Shown here: positions 1 to 10,030 of the stretch, one piece after another
How positions within the stretch are numbered: position 1 is the stretch's first letter
Layout of the letters: each line of letters begins with the position of its first letter
Notes under the pieces: generated by a model
Told to the model about the DNA's origin: nothing
The model's database searches: none
The model's input: only the letters and a program-made list of their open reading frames with translations
Program-made: the position numbers and the translations under genes
From: a virus
DNA: 64,000 bases
Reading direction: 5' to 3' (one strand)
Virus record (IMG/VR): IMGVR_UViG_3300019927_000008
Location: 2,888 to 66,887 of that record

Positions 1-1
1 G

Positions 2-1555
2 AAGCTCCTTCACGCCTACTTCTACGGCGGCGCGACGATCACGAACGTCTACAAGGGTCGTCGTATTGGGGTTTCGTTCATTTTCTGTGTGGCGTTGGCG
101 ATTGACGCTTTTACAACGCCAGACGCGAACTTCGCTATTGTTTCACGCACGAAGGGGCAGTCCGAGGAACGGATTGGCGACATTCGTGACCTTCTGAAGC
201 AGGCGAGGTTCGTGGATGAGCCAGTTGAAGATTGGCTCCAAAAAGACAACAACGCGAAGCTGATTTTCCCGAACGGCGCGACGATTCGAGCCTTCTCCGG
301 TGATCCGAAGTCGGCTCGTGGGATGGACTCCGCGAAGACAGTCTTCGTGGACGAGATGGCGTGGCTTGAGGATCAGGCCGCGACCATGCAGGCGTTCATG
401 CCCTTCATCAACCTCGGCAGTCACCGGCAGATGCTTCAGGTGTCTACCCCGAGGGCGAACAACGACCGCTTCCTGAAGACGCACGAACGCGGGACGCCGA
501 AGGGAGACGATGGGGTTATCTCGGTGAAACAGCCGAGCTTTAAGAACCCCGAAGAAATCGACATCAACGAGCCGCTTTACGATCAGGATGTCGAGCCGGT
601 TCGACCAGACATGGACGTTCAGTCCGTCGAGGTCGAACGAGCGCAAGACCCGCAAGGGTTCGCACAGGAGTACCTGTGTCGGCCTATCGCTGACGAGTAC
701 CGCTTCTTCACTACAGAAGGAATCTATCGAGCCGCAGAACGCGGAGCGGCCCGTGTTGGTGAGAACGGCGACCTTCTCGGTGAATACAGCGGATGGTCCC
801 CGATGACGCACTCCCGAGAGGGAGGAAAGATGGTCATGGGCGTGGACATCGGGATCGACAGGGACGACACCGCAATTGCGGTGTTCGAACACGTCGGAGC
901 GTACCGTTATCTCAGATTCCACACACTTCTTAACCATCAGGACCTCCACGCGGTCGGGATAGAAGGTACACGGGTCAACGACCCGTCCAACGTTGCGGAA
1001 TACATCTCACGCCTATGCGGTCAGATGAGCGTGGATCACGTCTTCTTGGACAAGACGGGTCCGGGTAAGGGTTTCCAGAAGGAAGTCGAAGCCCGACTCG
1101 GGAAGAAGGCGAACGGCTTCAATTTCAGCGACAAAGACGAGATCGCCCGGATGATGGGCGACTTCAACTACGCGCTTCACAACGATCTGATGACGTTGGT
1201 TCCGGACGATCCGGTCCAGAACCAGCTTGAGGCGATTGTGAAGGAACAACGTCACGAGACTTCGAAGCCCCGTTTCTCGGGGAAGAAGCACGCCCCACAG
1301 GGCAAAGACGACATGGCGATGGCGTTGGTCTTGGGTGCGTATCCCCCTGACTTCGACGCAGATCGCAACACGACTCCCAAACAGCGAGAAGGCGTGGCTA
1401 CTGACCGAGAGGATAGTGTCCGCGCTCAACGTAAGAATAAGAGTCGGGAAGATGGAGACTTTGCGGGAATCGTGAGTAGAACGAGTCAACGAGGCGGTAC
1501 TTCTGACAGAAGTTGGGATCGGGGACGGTCCTACACCCGACGACACAAACACTAA
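2..1555 (+). CDS. terL: Terminase large subunit (5'-truncated by window edge)
   Basis: Frame is open from nt 2. Walker A-like KGRRIGVS, Walker B VFVDE, motif III VSTP, RNase H-like GVDIG and C-terminal DDMAMA; directly upstream of the portal. Confidence 0.92.
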   Translation, partial: KLLHAYFYGGATITNVYKGRRIGVSFIFCVALAIDAFTTPDANFAIVSRTKGQSEERIGDIRDLLKQARFVDEPVEDWLQKDNNAKLIFPNGATIRAFSGDPKSARGMDSAKTVFVDEMAWLEDQAATMQAFMPFINLGSHRQMLQVSTPRANNDRFLKTHERGTPKGDDGVISVKQPSFKNPEEIDINEPLYDQDVEPVRPDMDVQSVEVERAQDPQGFAQEYLCRPIADEYRFFTTEGIYRAAERGAARVGENGDLLGEYSGWSPMTHSREGGKMVMGVDIGIDRDDTAIAVFEHVGAYRYLRFHTLLNHQDLHAVGIEGTRVNDPSNVAEYISRLCGQMSVDHVFLDKTGPGKGFQKEVEARLGKKANGFNFSDKDEIARMMGDFNYALHNDLMTLVPDDPVQNQLEAIVKEQRHETSKPRFSGKKHAPQGKDDMAMALVLGAYPPDFDADRNTTPKQREGVATDREDSVRAQRKNKSREDGDFAGIVSRTSQRGGTSDRSWDRGRSYTRRHKH

Positions 1556-3111
1556 TGAGTCAACCACTTGGAGAATTTCGGGAGCCTGAAATTCCCGAAG
1601 GGGAGGATGCAGACTTCTATACTGATTCCCCGAAGGGCGTCATCCGTAGCAGTACGGGTGGGGGATCGTCGTCGGTCGGCGGTCAGCGAGCTACCGAAGC
1701 TCCAGAGAACACGATTCAGGAACACCGTCAGATAGCGTACACAGACCCTCACGTTCGAGAGGCTGTGATGACGTTAGTGGACTGGATCGTTGGTGATGGT
1801 TGGAACATCGCTTCTCGCTCTTACAGCGCGGCTCAAGAAGATGGCGTCGGGGCTAACCCTGACGGTCAGACTTCTGAAGAAGGTTCCAGCAACCTTCCGG
1901 ATCAGACCGGAGGGGACGGCCAAGGGCAGATGTCCGACGTTGCGAAGCTTCGCCGCCTTCTCGAAGCCTCCTCCTTTTGGAAAGTCTTCGTGGATTGGGT
2001 CATCTACGCGGCCATTGACGGGCACGCTTTCATGGAACTGGTCGTCGAGGAAGGCCAGTTCAAGCCGAAACTTCTCCCGACTAAGCGGATGAGTCGGAAG
2101 GAAGACAAATACGGCGAGCTTCAATTCTACGAGCTTGAAACTCCCGAAGGTGGGAGTGCTTCTGGTGGTAGTAGCGGCGCGAGCGGAACTAACGGTATTC
2201 GATACAAACCACACGAAGTTGCGGAGCTAACCTTCCTCAAACATCCGAGGGACGACTTCGGACGATCTCTGATCGAGCCGATCTCGGAGCAGGCCGATAT
2301 GCTTCGAGACATGGAGATCGACTACGCTCGCTTCATTGCGACGAAGGCGTACCCTCCGATCCTCTGGAAGCTCGGTGACGAGGATCACAACTGGACGGAA
2401 GATCAGGTCGAAGGTTGGATGGATAACGTGGAGAGCATCGGTCCTGACACCATGCTCGCCGCGCCTCACGACGTTGAGACAGACATCGTAGGCACTACTT
2501 CGACCAACTCTACGGCAGGCGCAATGCGTCTGGAAGAGACGTTCCAACACTTCCAGAATCGTGTCGTCACCGGCCTCGGCGTTCCTCGTGTTCTGATGAA
2601 CATGGACGCTGGTGGGCAGGGAGAGACGACGACTGCGATGCCTTCGTTCAAGCGGCGTGTGAGTCGGCTTCAGACTCGCGTGAAGAACGCCGTCGAATCC
2701 CAAATCATCATGAGTCTCCTGACGGGGACTGCTGGTTTGGATGCGGATTTCCAAGGTACTGTTCCCGAGTTTCAGTTCGGGGAACACAGTTCGGCGGAAA
2801 AGCGGCTGGAGATCGACAAGCTCCTCAATCTGTTCAACAACGGCCTGCTGACACCTGAAGCGTTCGCGGAGCGGGCTGGAATTGACCCTGAAGAGGTTCC
2901 TGATCTATGGAACGCAGGAAATCACCTTGAGAACCTGCGAGCGTTGGCGAACAAAGGTGATGAAGTTCAGAATCCCTCTGGTGGTAGGCCCACCGACACC
3001 GAAGGTGGCTCGGAGTCTGCTGGCGGCGAAGTAACTTCGCGGCAATCTCCGGATTCCGACTCAAGCAATGGTCGGAATAGGCGTTCGGTAACAGAGGAAG
3101 AAGCGGGCTAA
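1555..3111 (+). CDS. Portal protein
   Basis: ATG overlaps the terL stop (TAATG). About 518 aa, position after terL, portal-like segments (DGHAFMELV, FGRSLIEP, GLGVP). Confidence 0.85.
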   Translation: MSQPLGEFREPEIPEGEDADFYTDSPKGVIRSSTGGGSSSVGGQRATEAPENTIQEHRQIAYTDPHVREAVMTLVDWIVGDGWNIASRSYSAAQEDGVGANPDGQTSEEGSSNLPDQTGGDGQGQMSDVAKLRRLLEASSFWKVFVDWVIYAAIDGHAFMELVVEEGQFKPKLLPTKRMSRKEDKYGELQFYELETPEGGSASGGSSGASGTNGIRYKPHEVAELTFLKHPRDDFGRSLIEPISEQADMLRDMEIDYARFIATKAYPPILWKLGDEDHNWTEDQVEGWMDNVESIGPDTMLAAPHDVETDIVGTTSTNSTAGAMRLEETFQHFQNRVVTGLGVPRVLMNMDAGGQGETTTAMPSFKRRVSRLQTRVKNAVESQIIMSLLTGTAGLDADFQGTVPEFQFGEHSSAEKRLEIDKLLNLFNNGLLTPEAFAERAGIDPEEVPDLWNAGNHLENLRALANKGDEVQNPSGGRPTDTEGGSESAGGEVTSRQSPDSDSSNGRNRRSVTEEEAG

Positions 3112-3117
3112 TTACTC

Positions 3118-3387
3118 ATGGACGATTCTAAACACAAACAACTTGACGACATTCACGAGGAGGTCAAGGGGTCGCACGCACAGTTAGGTGCAATCAACGA
3201 GCGAACCCGAAACATCGAATCTCATCTCGAAGCAATTTCTGACGACGTTTCTTCGAACGCAGATGACATTAATGACCTCGAAGCGAAGGTCAAGCGAAAC
3301 ACGACTATCATCAACGCGGTGACAGTCGGCCTCGGTTCCATCATCATCTGGATTTCTGACAAACTCACACGACTCAAACTATGGTGA
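3118..3387 (+). CDS. Small coiled-coil protein with C-terminal transmembrane helix
   Basis: Heptad pattern followed by hydrophobic AVTVGLGSIIIWI. Confidence 0.6.
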   Translation: MDDSKHKQLDDIHEEVKGSHAQLGAINERTRNIESHLEAISDDVSSNADDINDLEAKVKRNTTIINAVTVGLGSIIIWISDKLTRLKLW

Positions 3388-4139
3388 ACGAACTACAAAT
3401 CGACGAGAAGCTTGCCTTCAGCGCCTCTACTGCTGAAGAGGTTGACTTCAGCCACGAAGAGTTTCAGGCCCGAGTTGGGACTGGCTTCAACGAGCATGGC
3501 GTTCGAGAGAACCGCGAGAACGGTGATCTCCAGAGCGTCGATGTTATCTTCAAGGCGATGGAGCCGGGACCTCCGGAGCGACGTAATGGGGTTCGGATCA
3601 CCGGGGATTTCCTCGGGAAGGTGGCCGCAAAGGACTACGACCCGAATCCGCCTCACCTGAAGGATCACGACGCGGAGAACACATTCGCTCGTATTGGCGA
3701 AGTGAAGGATGCGTGGTTCTCTGATCGGTTGGATAATCTGATGCTGATGGTCCGGACTCCGAACGTTGAGGGGTCGCAAAACCATCAGGAGGCAATCGCT
3801 CGCTACACTCACGACCCGCCCGAAATTCGTGATGGTTCGCTTGGCTTCGGACGCAACTACGAAGCCGCAATCAACGACGACGGCGAACCGGAGATGCAAG
3901 ACGGGAAGTTCCGCGAGTTTTCGACTGTCAATTTCCCCGGCGGTTACGATGAAGGCGGCGTTGCTACCGCCTTCGCTGAAGCGGTCGATGAAGCGGCTGA
4001 AGACTTCGCTGAGGAAGTGGAGGAAGAGGCCGACGACTTCGAGATCGACACGTCCGTTCTCACGTTCGATGACCCATCGAGTGAAGGCGAGAACTTGGCG
4101 ACGGACTCTGCGGTAGAAACCAACAACATCACGTTCTAA
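3381..4139 (+). CDS. Putative prohead maturation protease
   Basis: Between portal and capsid genes; His (LKDH) and Ser (GSLG, EFSTV) in HK97-protease-like spacing; acidic tail. Confidence 0.6.
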   Translation: MVNELQIDEKLAFSASTAEEVDFSHEEFQARVGTGFNEHGVRENRENGDLQSVDVIFKAMEPGPPERRNGVRITGDFLGKVAAKDYDPNPPHLKDHDAENTFARIGEVKDAWFSDRLDNLMLMVRTPNVEGSQNHQEAIARYTHDPPEIRDGSLGFGRNYEAAINDDGEPEMQDGKFREFSTVNFPGGYDEGGVATAFAEAVDEAAEDFAEEVEEEADDFEIDTSVLTFDDPSSEGENLATDSAVETNNITF

Positions 4140-4141
4140 AC

Positions 4142-4597
4142 ATGGACCTGAATTTCACACAAGTTACCTACGACGGTGAGCTGGCGGACTTCGAGGCCGA
4201 ACGGCTTCGAGAGATCATCCGCGAGTTCGAAAATGCACAGGAGTCCAACGTCGCTGAGTTCGAGGACGCGGCTGACGCACTCGACGGCGTTGATGAAAAG
4301 ATCGAAGACTTCGCGGAGGCGCGACAGGCCCTTCTCGATGACATCACCGAGGCGGAAGCCTTCGATGAAGTCCCGCTGACTGAAGAGGCTCTGGAGGAGC
4401 AGTCCTTCGGCCAGCTTCAGGAGTGGCATGATTTCGTTGCCGATCATGGCGTCGAAACCGGCGACGAGACAGACGAAGCTGACGAGTCCGGTTCGGACTT
4501 CGATGACTTCGGTACGAAGTCTCCCACCCCCGACGATGAGGATGACGAAGACTTCGCGGAAGATGCCCTGAGCGAGATGCAGGGTGTCAACTTCTAA
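4142..4597 (+). CDS. Putative scaffolding protein
   Basis: Very acidic, helical, upstream of the capsid genes. Confidence 0.55.
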   Translation: MDLNFTQVTYDGELADFEAERLREIIREFENAQESNVAEFEDAADALDGVDEKIEDFAEARQALLDDITEAEAFDEVPLTEEALEEQSFGQLQEWHDFVADHGVETGDETDEADESGSDFDDFGTKSPTPDDEDDEDFAEDALSEMQGVNF

Positions 4598-4615
4598 AAC
4601 GGGATTCAATCATAA

Positions 4616-5155
4616 ATGACTGATTTCAACATTGCGACTGGTGAGGAACAGCCTCTCAACCGAACCGGCTTCTCGAACGTTCAGGTTGAGGGTAAGAATC
4701 AGGGCGTTCCTGTCGGCGTTGACAACTCGGGCGCAGAGCCTCAGCTTGTCCGCGCTGATGCAGACAGCGGGACTGCGATCCAAGCTGTCGGCGTTCTGTT
4801 CCCTCGTGAAGTCCTTCCTGCCGGTCAGTACGGCGGCGTCAACGCCCATCCGTGGGACGACGTGGAGGCCCAAATCTACGAGGAGAACCGCACGAAGGCG
4901 GGCGACCGCGCTACGGTCGTTCGTAGCGGGATCGAGATGGTCAACGACGACGGCGACACGGACTTCGAGCCGAGTGAGCCGGTCTATCTGGCTCCCGGTG
5001 GTGGCTTCACACAGACGAAGCCTTCGGGTTCGGGCGACATTGTTCAGGTTCTCGGCGTTGCGACGACCGAGGTCGAGAACGAACTGGACCCCGGTAACGA
5101 CGCGAAGGACCGGCTGTTCCTTGAGGTTGACGCCGACTACGAGGTTCTGGCGTAA
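4616..5155 (+). CDS. Putative head decoration/cement protein
   Basis: Immediately before the MCP; beta-rich with VYLAPGGGFTQTKP and VQVLGVA pattern typical of cement proteins. Confidence 0.55.
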   Translation: MTDFNIATGEEQPLNRTGFSNVQVEGKNQGVPVGVDNSGAEPQLVRADADSGTAIQAVGVLFPREVLPAGQYGGVNAHPWDDVEAQIYEENRTKAGDRATVVRSGIEMVNDDGDTDFEPSEPVYLAPGGGFTQTKPSGSGDIVQVLGVATTEVENELDPGNDAKDRLFLEVDADYEVLA

Positions 5156-5183
5156 GACTCTGAACACGGCTAATTAACTCTTA
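5153..5183 (+). promoter_or_regulatory. Bipartite viral promoter upstream of MCP
   Basis: TAAGACT-N17-ACTCTTA, ending 8 nt before the ATG at 5192; same motif recurs genome-wide. Confidence 0.7.
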
Positions 5184-5191
5184 ATCTAATA

Positions 5192-6163
5192 ATGGCACGC
5201 CGACACGAAGTTCACACGGCTGACGGAAAGAATATCGAAGACCTGTTGGAGATGGCGCGGACCCTCTTCGACCGCTACAACGAGGCTGACAAGCCCTTCT
5301 CGGAGATGTTCGCTGAAACGGTCAGCGAGCAGACGTTCTACCAAGAGCCTCGTCGTGACGACATCTATTGGGACAAGATCGCGGAGGGCGAACAGCCCCG
5401 TTCCATGCGCGAAGAGGACTACGAAGACGAGTGGATGACCATTCGGTCGGACACCTACTCGAAGTCCCTCGGGATGACGCAGAAGTACATCCGGCGTACT
5501 TCTTCGTCCAAGATTCTCAACAAGCTTCGTCGCCTCCTGACTGGTGCGAAGAACACCGAGGAACAGCTCATCTACAACACGCTGACCAACGGCATCATCG
5601 ACGGTTCGGGTGCATGGTATGACATCCGTGACTTCGGTGAGTACAGCTTCGACAATTCCCACAACCACGTCTTCGGAGACACCGACGCGCTCTTCGACGA
5701 CGACGGCAACGACGACACGGCCTACGATCCGCACGAACACATCGAAGAGGCGAAGCGAGAGCTGACCCATCACGGCATGGAGGGTCCGTTCGTGGCTCTC
5801 GTCTCGAACAGCTTCAAGCGAAGTCTTCGTGACGAACTGTCGTGGGACGCTCAGTACCACATCCCGATGGCGACCGGGATGCGTTCGTCCGACGTGCGCG
5901 ATCTCGACATCGTGATCGACAACGTTGCCCTCACGGAGTCTCCGTGGATGGCGGGCGACAAGTTCTACGTCACACAGGCGCAGAACGACTCTCCGGTCAA
6001 GTTCCTCGAAGACCGCCCTGTTCAGGTCACGCGACCGAACGGCGCGGTCGTTCGGAGTCCGGGCGACCTTCTCGGTGCAAACGCGACGGCAGACTACGGG
6101 TGTCGCATGGCGGACCCGCTCGCGGCGGTTGAGGTCAACGCGACGAACCTCACCGACAACTAA
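5192..6163 (+). CDS. Major capsid protein (HK97 fold)
   Basis: 323 aa, synteny in the head module, own promoter, highly biased codons. Confidence 0.8.
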   Translation: MARRHEVHTADGKNIEDLLEMARTLFDRYNEADKPFSEMFAETVSEQTFYQEPRRDDIYWDKIAEGEQPRSMREEDYEDEWMTIRSDTYSKSLGMTQKYIRRTSSSKILNKLRRLLTGAKNTEEQLIYNTLTNGIIDGSGAWYDIRDFGEYSFDNSHNHVFGDTDALFDDDGNDDTAYDPHEHIEEAKRELTHHGMEGPFVALVSNSFKRSLRDELSWDAQYHIPMATGMRSSDVRDLDIVIDNVALTESPWMAGDKFYVTQAQNDSPVKFLEDRPVQVTRPNGAVVRSPGDLLGANATADYGCRMADPLAAVEVNATNLTDN

Positions 6164-6192
6164 TCGGCCTAACGAGGCCGTTTGACTGATTT

Positions 6193-6669
6193 ATGTTCAA
6201 CGATAAAACCGAACTACAGTCGGACGTTCGAGAGTTTACTGGCTACACCAGTACGATGGTCCTTTCGGACGACGGCCTCGATACTGCCTACGAGACTGCG
6301 AAACGTCACATTCGCATCGAGAAGGCGCTGGAGCCGAGCTACGATTTCTACGACCCGGAGCGGGAACCCTTGGCGGCTCAAGACGCTCTGTTTTGGTACA
6401 CCTGCCTCTTCGCCAAGACCGAAACTGGAGAGCTTGATGCTCAAGACCTTCAGGCTGGCGCGGTCAATCAGGACGCTCTTCTTGCTAAATCGGACAACGA
6501 CGTTACGACGTGGTTCCGTAAAGCAGAGAGCGCCCTTAATTCGATCAAGCCGAGCAACATCATGCGATCCACGGCTCCCGCCCGTGATCGAGAATACGAA
6601 GCTCCGGCGTTCACAGCGGCCCGTGACGACAGCGCGGTCGGTGGGAGTAGTGGGGACTTCGAACTGTGA
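6193..6669 (+). CDS. Head-tail adaptor
   Basis: Synteny directly after MCP; helical. Confidence 0.55.
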   Translation: MFNDKTELQSDVREFTGYTSTMVLSDDGLDTAYETAKRHIRIEKALEPSYDFYDPEREPLAAQDALFWYTCLFAKTETGELDAQDLQAGAVNQDALLAKSDNDVTTWFRKAESALNSIKPSNIMRSTAPARDREYEAPAFTAARDDSAVGGSSGDFEL

Positions 6670-7037
6670 GTTACTTCCGCTCACTTGCGGCGCAGATTCA
6701 CCGCGTTGGGCGTGAAGTTCCAGTTTACCTCTACGTCGAAGATGGTGAGGATCGCTTCGGAAACCCCACAGAAGATTACGTAGAAGATAGAACCGTCCTC
6801 GCCTTCCGGACGTACCCAAACCGAAATACAGGGATCATAAGCGATTCTGGAACAAGGTACGAAGACGAACCAGTCTTCCTTGTTCCAACCGGGCCTAACC
6901 AACCCGATCCTCCTCCTGAAGGAAGTCGTCTCGATTACGGTGACGAAACCTACGAAGTAGAAGCTCACACGGTCTATGACACGCACGTTGAGTTTTTCGG
7001 TCAACTCGTTCTGAACGAAGAAACTGGAGAACAGTAA
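6666..7037 (+). CDS. Head closure/stopper protein
   Basis: Synteny; DRFGNP and YEVEA patterns typical of SPP1 gp16-like proteins. Confidence 0.55.
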   Translation: MSYFRSLAAQIHRVGREVPVYLYVEDGEDRFGNPTEDYVEDRTVLAFRTYPNRNTGIISDSGTRYEDEPVFLVPTGPNQPDPPPEGSRLDYGDETYEVEAHTVYDTHVEFFGQLVLNEETGEQ

Positions 7038-7038
7038 C

Positions 7039-7644
7039 GTGAGTGACATAGACATAGACATCGACGTTAAAAGAGCGGATCAGGTTCAACCAGCGTTGAG
7101 TAAAGGTCTGATGGAAGGCCTCGAAGATACTGGTAACTGGATGCTCGATGAGGGCGTCGATAAGGCGAAGGACGGCATCATGTCCGAGCCGAATCGTCGA
7201 GTCTGGAAGGGTGAAGTCAAAAACAGCTTCGTCAAAAACGAGTGGGAATTTAATCGGAGCTATTTCTGGAAAGGGAGCATCACGAACACAGCGCCTCACG
7301 CTGAATCCGTTGAAAACGGACTTCCTCCGGGGACTAACCCCACGATTCAGACACTCATTCCTTGGGTAGACGATCAGCTCGAACCGAATAGCGAAACGAA
7401 GGACTTGGCGAGGCAGTCTCACATCGAAAACTGGCAAGCGCCGCTTCGCGCACTTGCTAAAGAATACGGGACTGCTGAAGTTCTCACGACGTTCGCGGTG
7501 AAGGGCAAACTGGAGGATGAAGGGTATCAAGGGATTCACTTCATGCGCGAAGCGGAATCCTACCTTGAGCAGATGGGTAAGACCATCGTAAAAGGGAAGA
7601 TCGAGAAGCATATGCAAAATGAGCTTCGGAAGAGGGGAGTCTAA
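7039..7644 (+). CDS. Neck/tail completion protein (HK97 gp10-like)
   Basis: Synteny; HAESVENG and QGIHFMREA motifs. Confidence 0.6.
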   Translation: MSDIDIDIDVKRADQVQPALSKGLMEGLEDTGNWMLDEGVDKAKDGIMSEPNRRVWKGEVKNSFVKNEWEFNRSYFWKGSITNTAPHAESVENGLPPGTNPTIQTLIPWVDDQLEPNSETKDLARQSHIENWQAPLRALAKEYGTAEVLTTFAVKGKLEDEGYQGIHFMREAESYLEQMGKTIVKGKIEKHMQNELRKRGV

Positions 7645-8153
7645 TGAATCTGACAGAATTAATCGAGGTTCTTTCTGCTCGATTCGACTCCGATCTTTCA
7701 GCTCCATTTCGAACCGCCGGAGGTCCAGACGATCATCCGGTCCCCCTCGTCCTTCTCGAAGACTGGTCTACGACTGACCACAACTGGCAAAACAGTAATT
7801 TTGCCGGACAAGTAGTTGATCCCGAAGACGATACTGAAAAGCGGTATTTCCGCTTTTACTACACGATTCGGATTGAAGTGCTTGTCAAACATCACGACGA
7901 CGTGCAGGCTCACGTTCTGCTCGATCAACTTCGAAATACGCTGTTCGATCTGAAGCGCGATCCACTCTCGCTTCACAATGACGTGAACAGCGTGAAACCC
8001 GGAGGTTCAACGGGTATTAACCACAACTTCGTTGAATCTGACGAGACTGAACTTCGTCAGTCCTTCCGGATCACTTCTTTCCACGAAGTGAAAGACGACA
8101 GCTACGACACTCTCGAAGAGATTGTCAACGACTTCACCGTCAAGGAAATTTAA
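7644..8153 (+). CDS. Tail terminator
   Basis: Synteny just before the sheath gene. Confidence 0.5.
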   Translation: MNLTELIEVLSARFDSDLSAPFRTAGGPDDHPVPLVLLEDWSTTDHNWQNSNFAGQVVDPEDDTEKRYFRFYYTIRIEVLVKHHDDVQAHVLLDQLRNTLFDLKRDPLSLHNDVNSVKPGGSTGINHNFVESDETELRQSFRITSFHEVKDDSYDTLEEIVNDFTVKEI

Positions 8154-8156
8154 CAC

Positions 8157-9470
8157 ATGGTAAACAACTACGGCGACGAAACCGAACCCGGCATCATCAC
8201 AGAAGAGTCTTCCAGCAATTCCATCGAGACTTCGGGGACATCCCCGAACGACATCCTCATGGTCGGCCCTGCTGACCTCAACAACGCAAACAACCCCGCC
8301 GAAGAGGGCATGGTCTACGAGGTCGGTCGAGACACAACTGCGGAGTCTCGATTCGGTCCCCCGGAGACGAGCCTCATTACTACGGCAATTCTGGACCAAC
8401 TGCGAGAAGGCGCGGCTCCTGTCTTCGCGGTTGCTCCCCCGTCTACTGACGTTACAGGGGAAGATCACAGCGGAGAAACGACCACGACAATCGACCTTCA
8501 GAACGCTCCGGCTTCGGAGATCGAAGCGGACTACACGCTCACCCTTGACGGGACTGAGCTGACACCGATCTTCGTCGAGGGCGACGTTTCGACGAAGACT
8601 CCCGAAGCGGGTGAAGCCTACGTCAATCCTGTTCAGGCTCAAGTCGAGCTTCCGGAAAGTGCGGATACGGGGACTGGCCTCACGGCTGATTACACCCACT
8701 TCGACTACGCTTCGGCCTTCGACACCCTCGCCGGTAATCAGGAGGCCGCCGAAGCTTCGGACTTCCTGATCGGTCTTCAGGAGGAAGCGACGGTTCAGCA
8801 GGATGTTGTGGACACCGCGAAGGAGATGTCCACGGAGCAGAACTACACAATCGCTCTGGTCACTCCCGATGGTGGTCGGCTCGATGTGGACAGCTTCGAG
8901 AATCCCTACGACTCGTCCCGTGTTCAGGTAGAGTATCCGCCCCGGTACGAAGATCGTTCGTCTGCTCTGGCCGCCTACGCCGGAACGCGAGCAAGTCTCG
9001 GCCTGAATCGTGCGCCCATCAGTCAGCCGCTTCAAACTGACAAGCGCCTGTCTGTCTCGCTTTCGAAGAGCGAGCGTGGTTCGCTGATTCAGAAGAACGT
9101 GGTTCCGCTTGAGAACCGCACCGGCGGTGCTGTCATCAAGGACGATCCGACGACAGTCACCGACGAAAACACAGACGAGTCGAACATCAAGTACGGCTTC
9201 CAGCGACTCGCGCTTGACTACACCTACGAAGTGGCCGAAGAGAACGAACAGCCGTTCATCGGTCGTCTTCACGATCCCGCTGTTCGTAACGCTCTGGCTG
9301 ACCTCATCGGGGATCAGCTTACTGCCATGAAGCAGTCCGACATCATTGATGCGTTCAATGTTCGGGTCTTCGAAGAGTCGGCTACTCGGGCGCGGCTGGA
9401 ACTGGACCTCGATGCTCCGGACCCGCTCCGGTTCATCGAGAACAAGGTCCGGATTGGAGAGATCAACTAA
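8157..9470 (+). CDS. Tail sheath protein
   Basis: 437 aa; N-terminal PGIITEE, C-terminal sheath-like region (FIGR...VRNAL...LRFIENKV); followed by a tube gene. Confidence 0.85.
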   Translation: MVNNYGDETEPGIITEESSSNSIETSGTSPNDILMVGPADLNNANNPAEEGMVYEVGRDTTAESRFGPPETSLITTAILDQLREGAAPVFAVAPPSTDVTGEDHSGETTTTIDLQNAPASEIEADYTLTLDGTELTPIFVEGDVSTKTPEAGEAYVNPVQAQVELPESADTGTGLTADYTHFDYASAFDTLAGNQEAAEASDFLIGLQEEATVQQDVVDTAKEMSTEQNYTIALVTPDGGRLDVDSFENPYDSSRVQVEYPPRYEDRSSALAAYAGTRASLGLNRAPISQPLQTDKRLSVSLSKSERGSLIQKNVVPLENRTGGAVIKDDPTTVTDENTDESNIKYGFQRLALDYTYEVAEENEQPFIGRLHDPAVRNALADLIGDQLTAMKQSDIIDAFNVRVFEESATRARLELDLDAPDPLRFIENKVRIGEIN

Positions 9471-9475
9471 CTCTC

Positions 9476-9506
9476 CAAGACTTAACTCACACTAACTTAA
9501 TTCATG
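9476..9506 (+). promoter_or_regulatory. Viral promoter upstream of tail tube (probably leaderless mRNA)
   Basis: CAAGACTTAACTC motif; the ATG at 9504 lies at the expected start position. Confidence 0.6.
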
Positions 9507-9992
9507 CCTGACGCACCCCAAGGAGTTGACCGTATCGAGTCTGCGGCGCAGATCACTCTCGTCGTTACACGAGGAGCCGAGCAGGACGCTTCTCGTGCCG
9601 CTGAGGTTGAGGAGGTTCCGATCTCCCGCCTCGACACCACGAAGGAAGTTGACATCACGGAAGTCCGTGAGTCGAGCCTGAAGGCTACCGGCTACAGCAT
9701 CACCGCGATCTCCTATTCGGGGACGATGATGTTCAAGGGTTCGACGCTTACTCGGCTGTTCCGTGGAGAAACGACTTCGCTGAACGACATTCTCTACGAC
9801 GAGTCCGGCGCTCCGGTCCCTGTCAGTATCAGCATCACCCACGACATCAACGGCGAGGGTGAGACGTACACGACAGTTCTGGTCAACTCGGAGTCCTACC
9901 AAGTTCGGTCGGGAGAAGTCACCGAGACTGCCTTCGACTGGATGGCGATGAATCGTTCGACGGACAACGCGGACCTCGCTGGCGCACGCTAA
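9504..9992 (+). CDS. Tail tube protein
   Basis: 162 aa directly after the sheath gene. Confidence 0.75.
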   Translation: MPDAPQGVDRIESAAQITLVVTRGAEQDASRAAEVEEVPISRLDTTKEVDITEVRESSLKATGYSITAISYSGTMMFKGSTLTRLFRGETTSLNDILYDESGAPVPVSISITHDINGEGETYTTVLVNSESYQVRSGEVTETAFDWMAMNRSTDNADLAGAR

Positions 9993-10030
9993 CTGCGGTT
10001 CTGCTTTTCTTTCACCGAAACAAACTAACC

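Noticed and set aside
143-9272. Long antisense ORFs over structural genes (e.g. 143-949, 5186-5860, 8007-9272) and similar + strand ORFs over polB, helicase and GHKL genes
   Set aside because: Shadow frames caused by GAC/GAG/GTC codon bias in haloarchaeal genes; no motifs.
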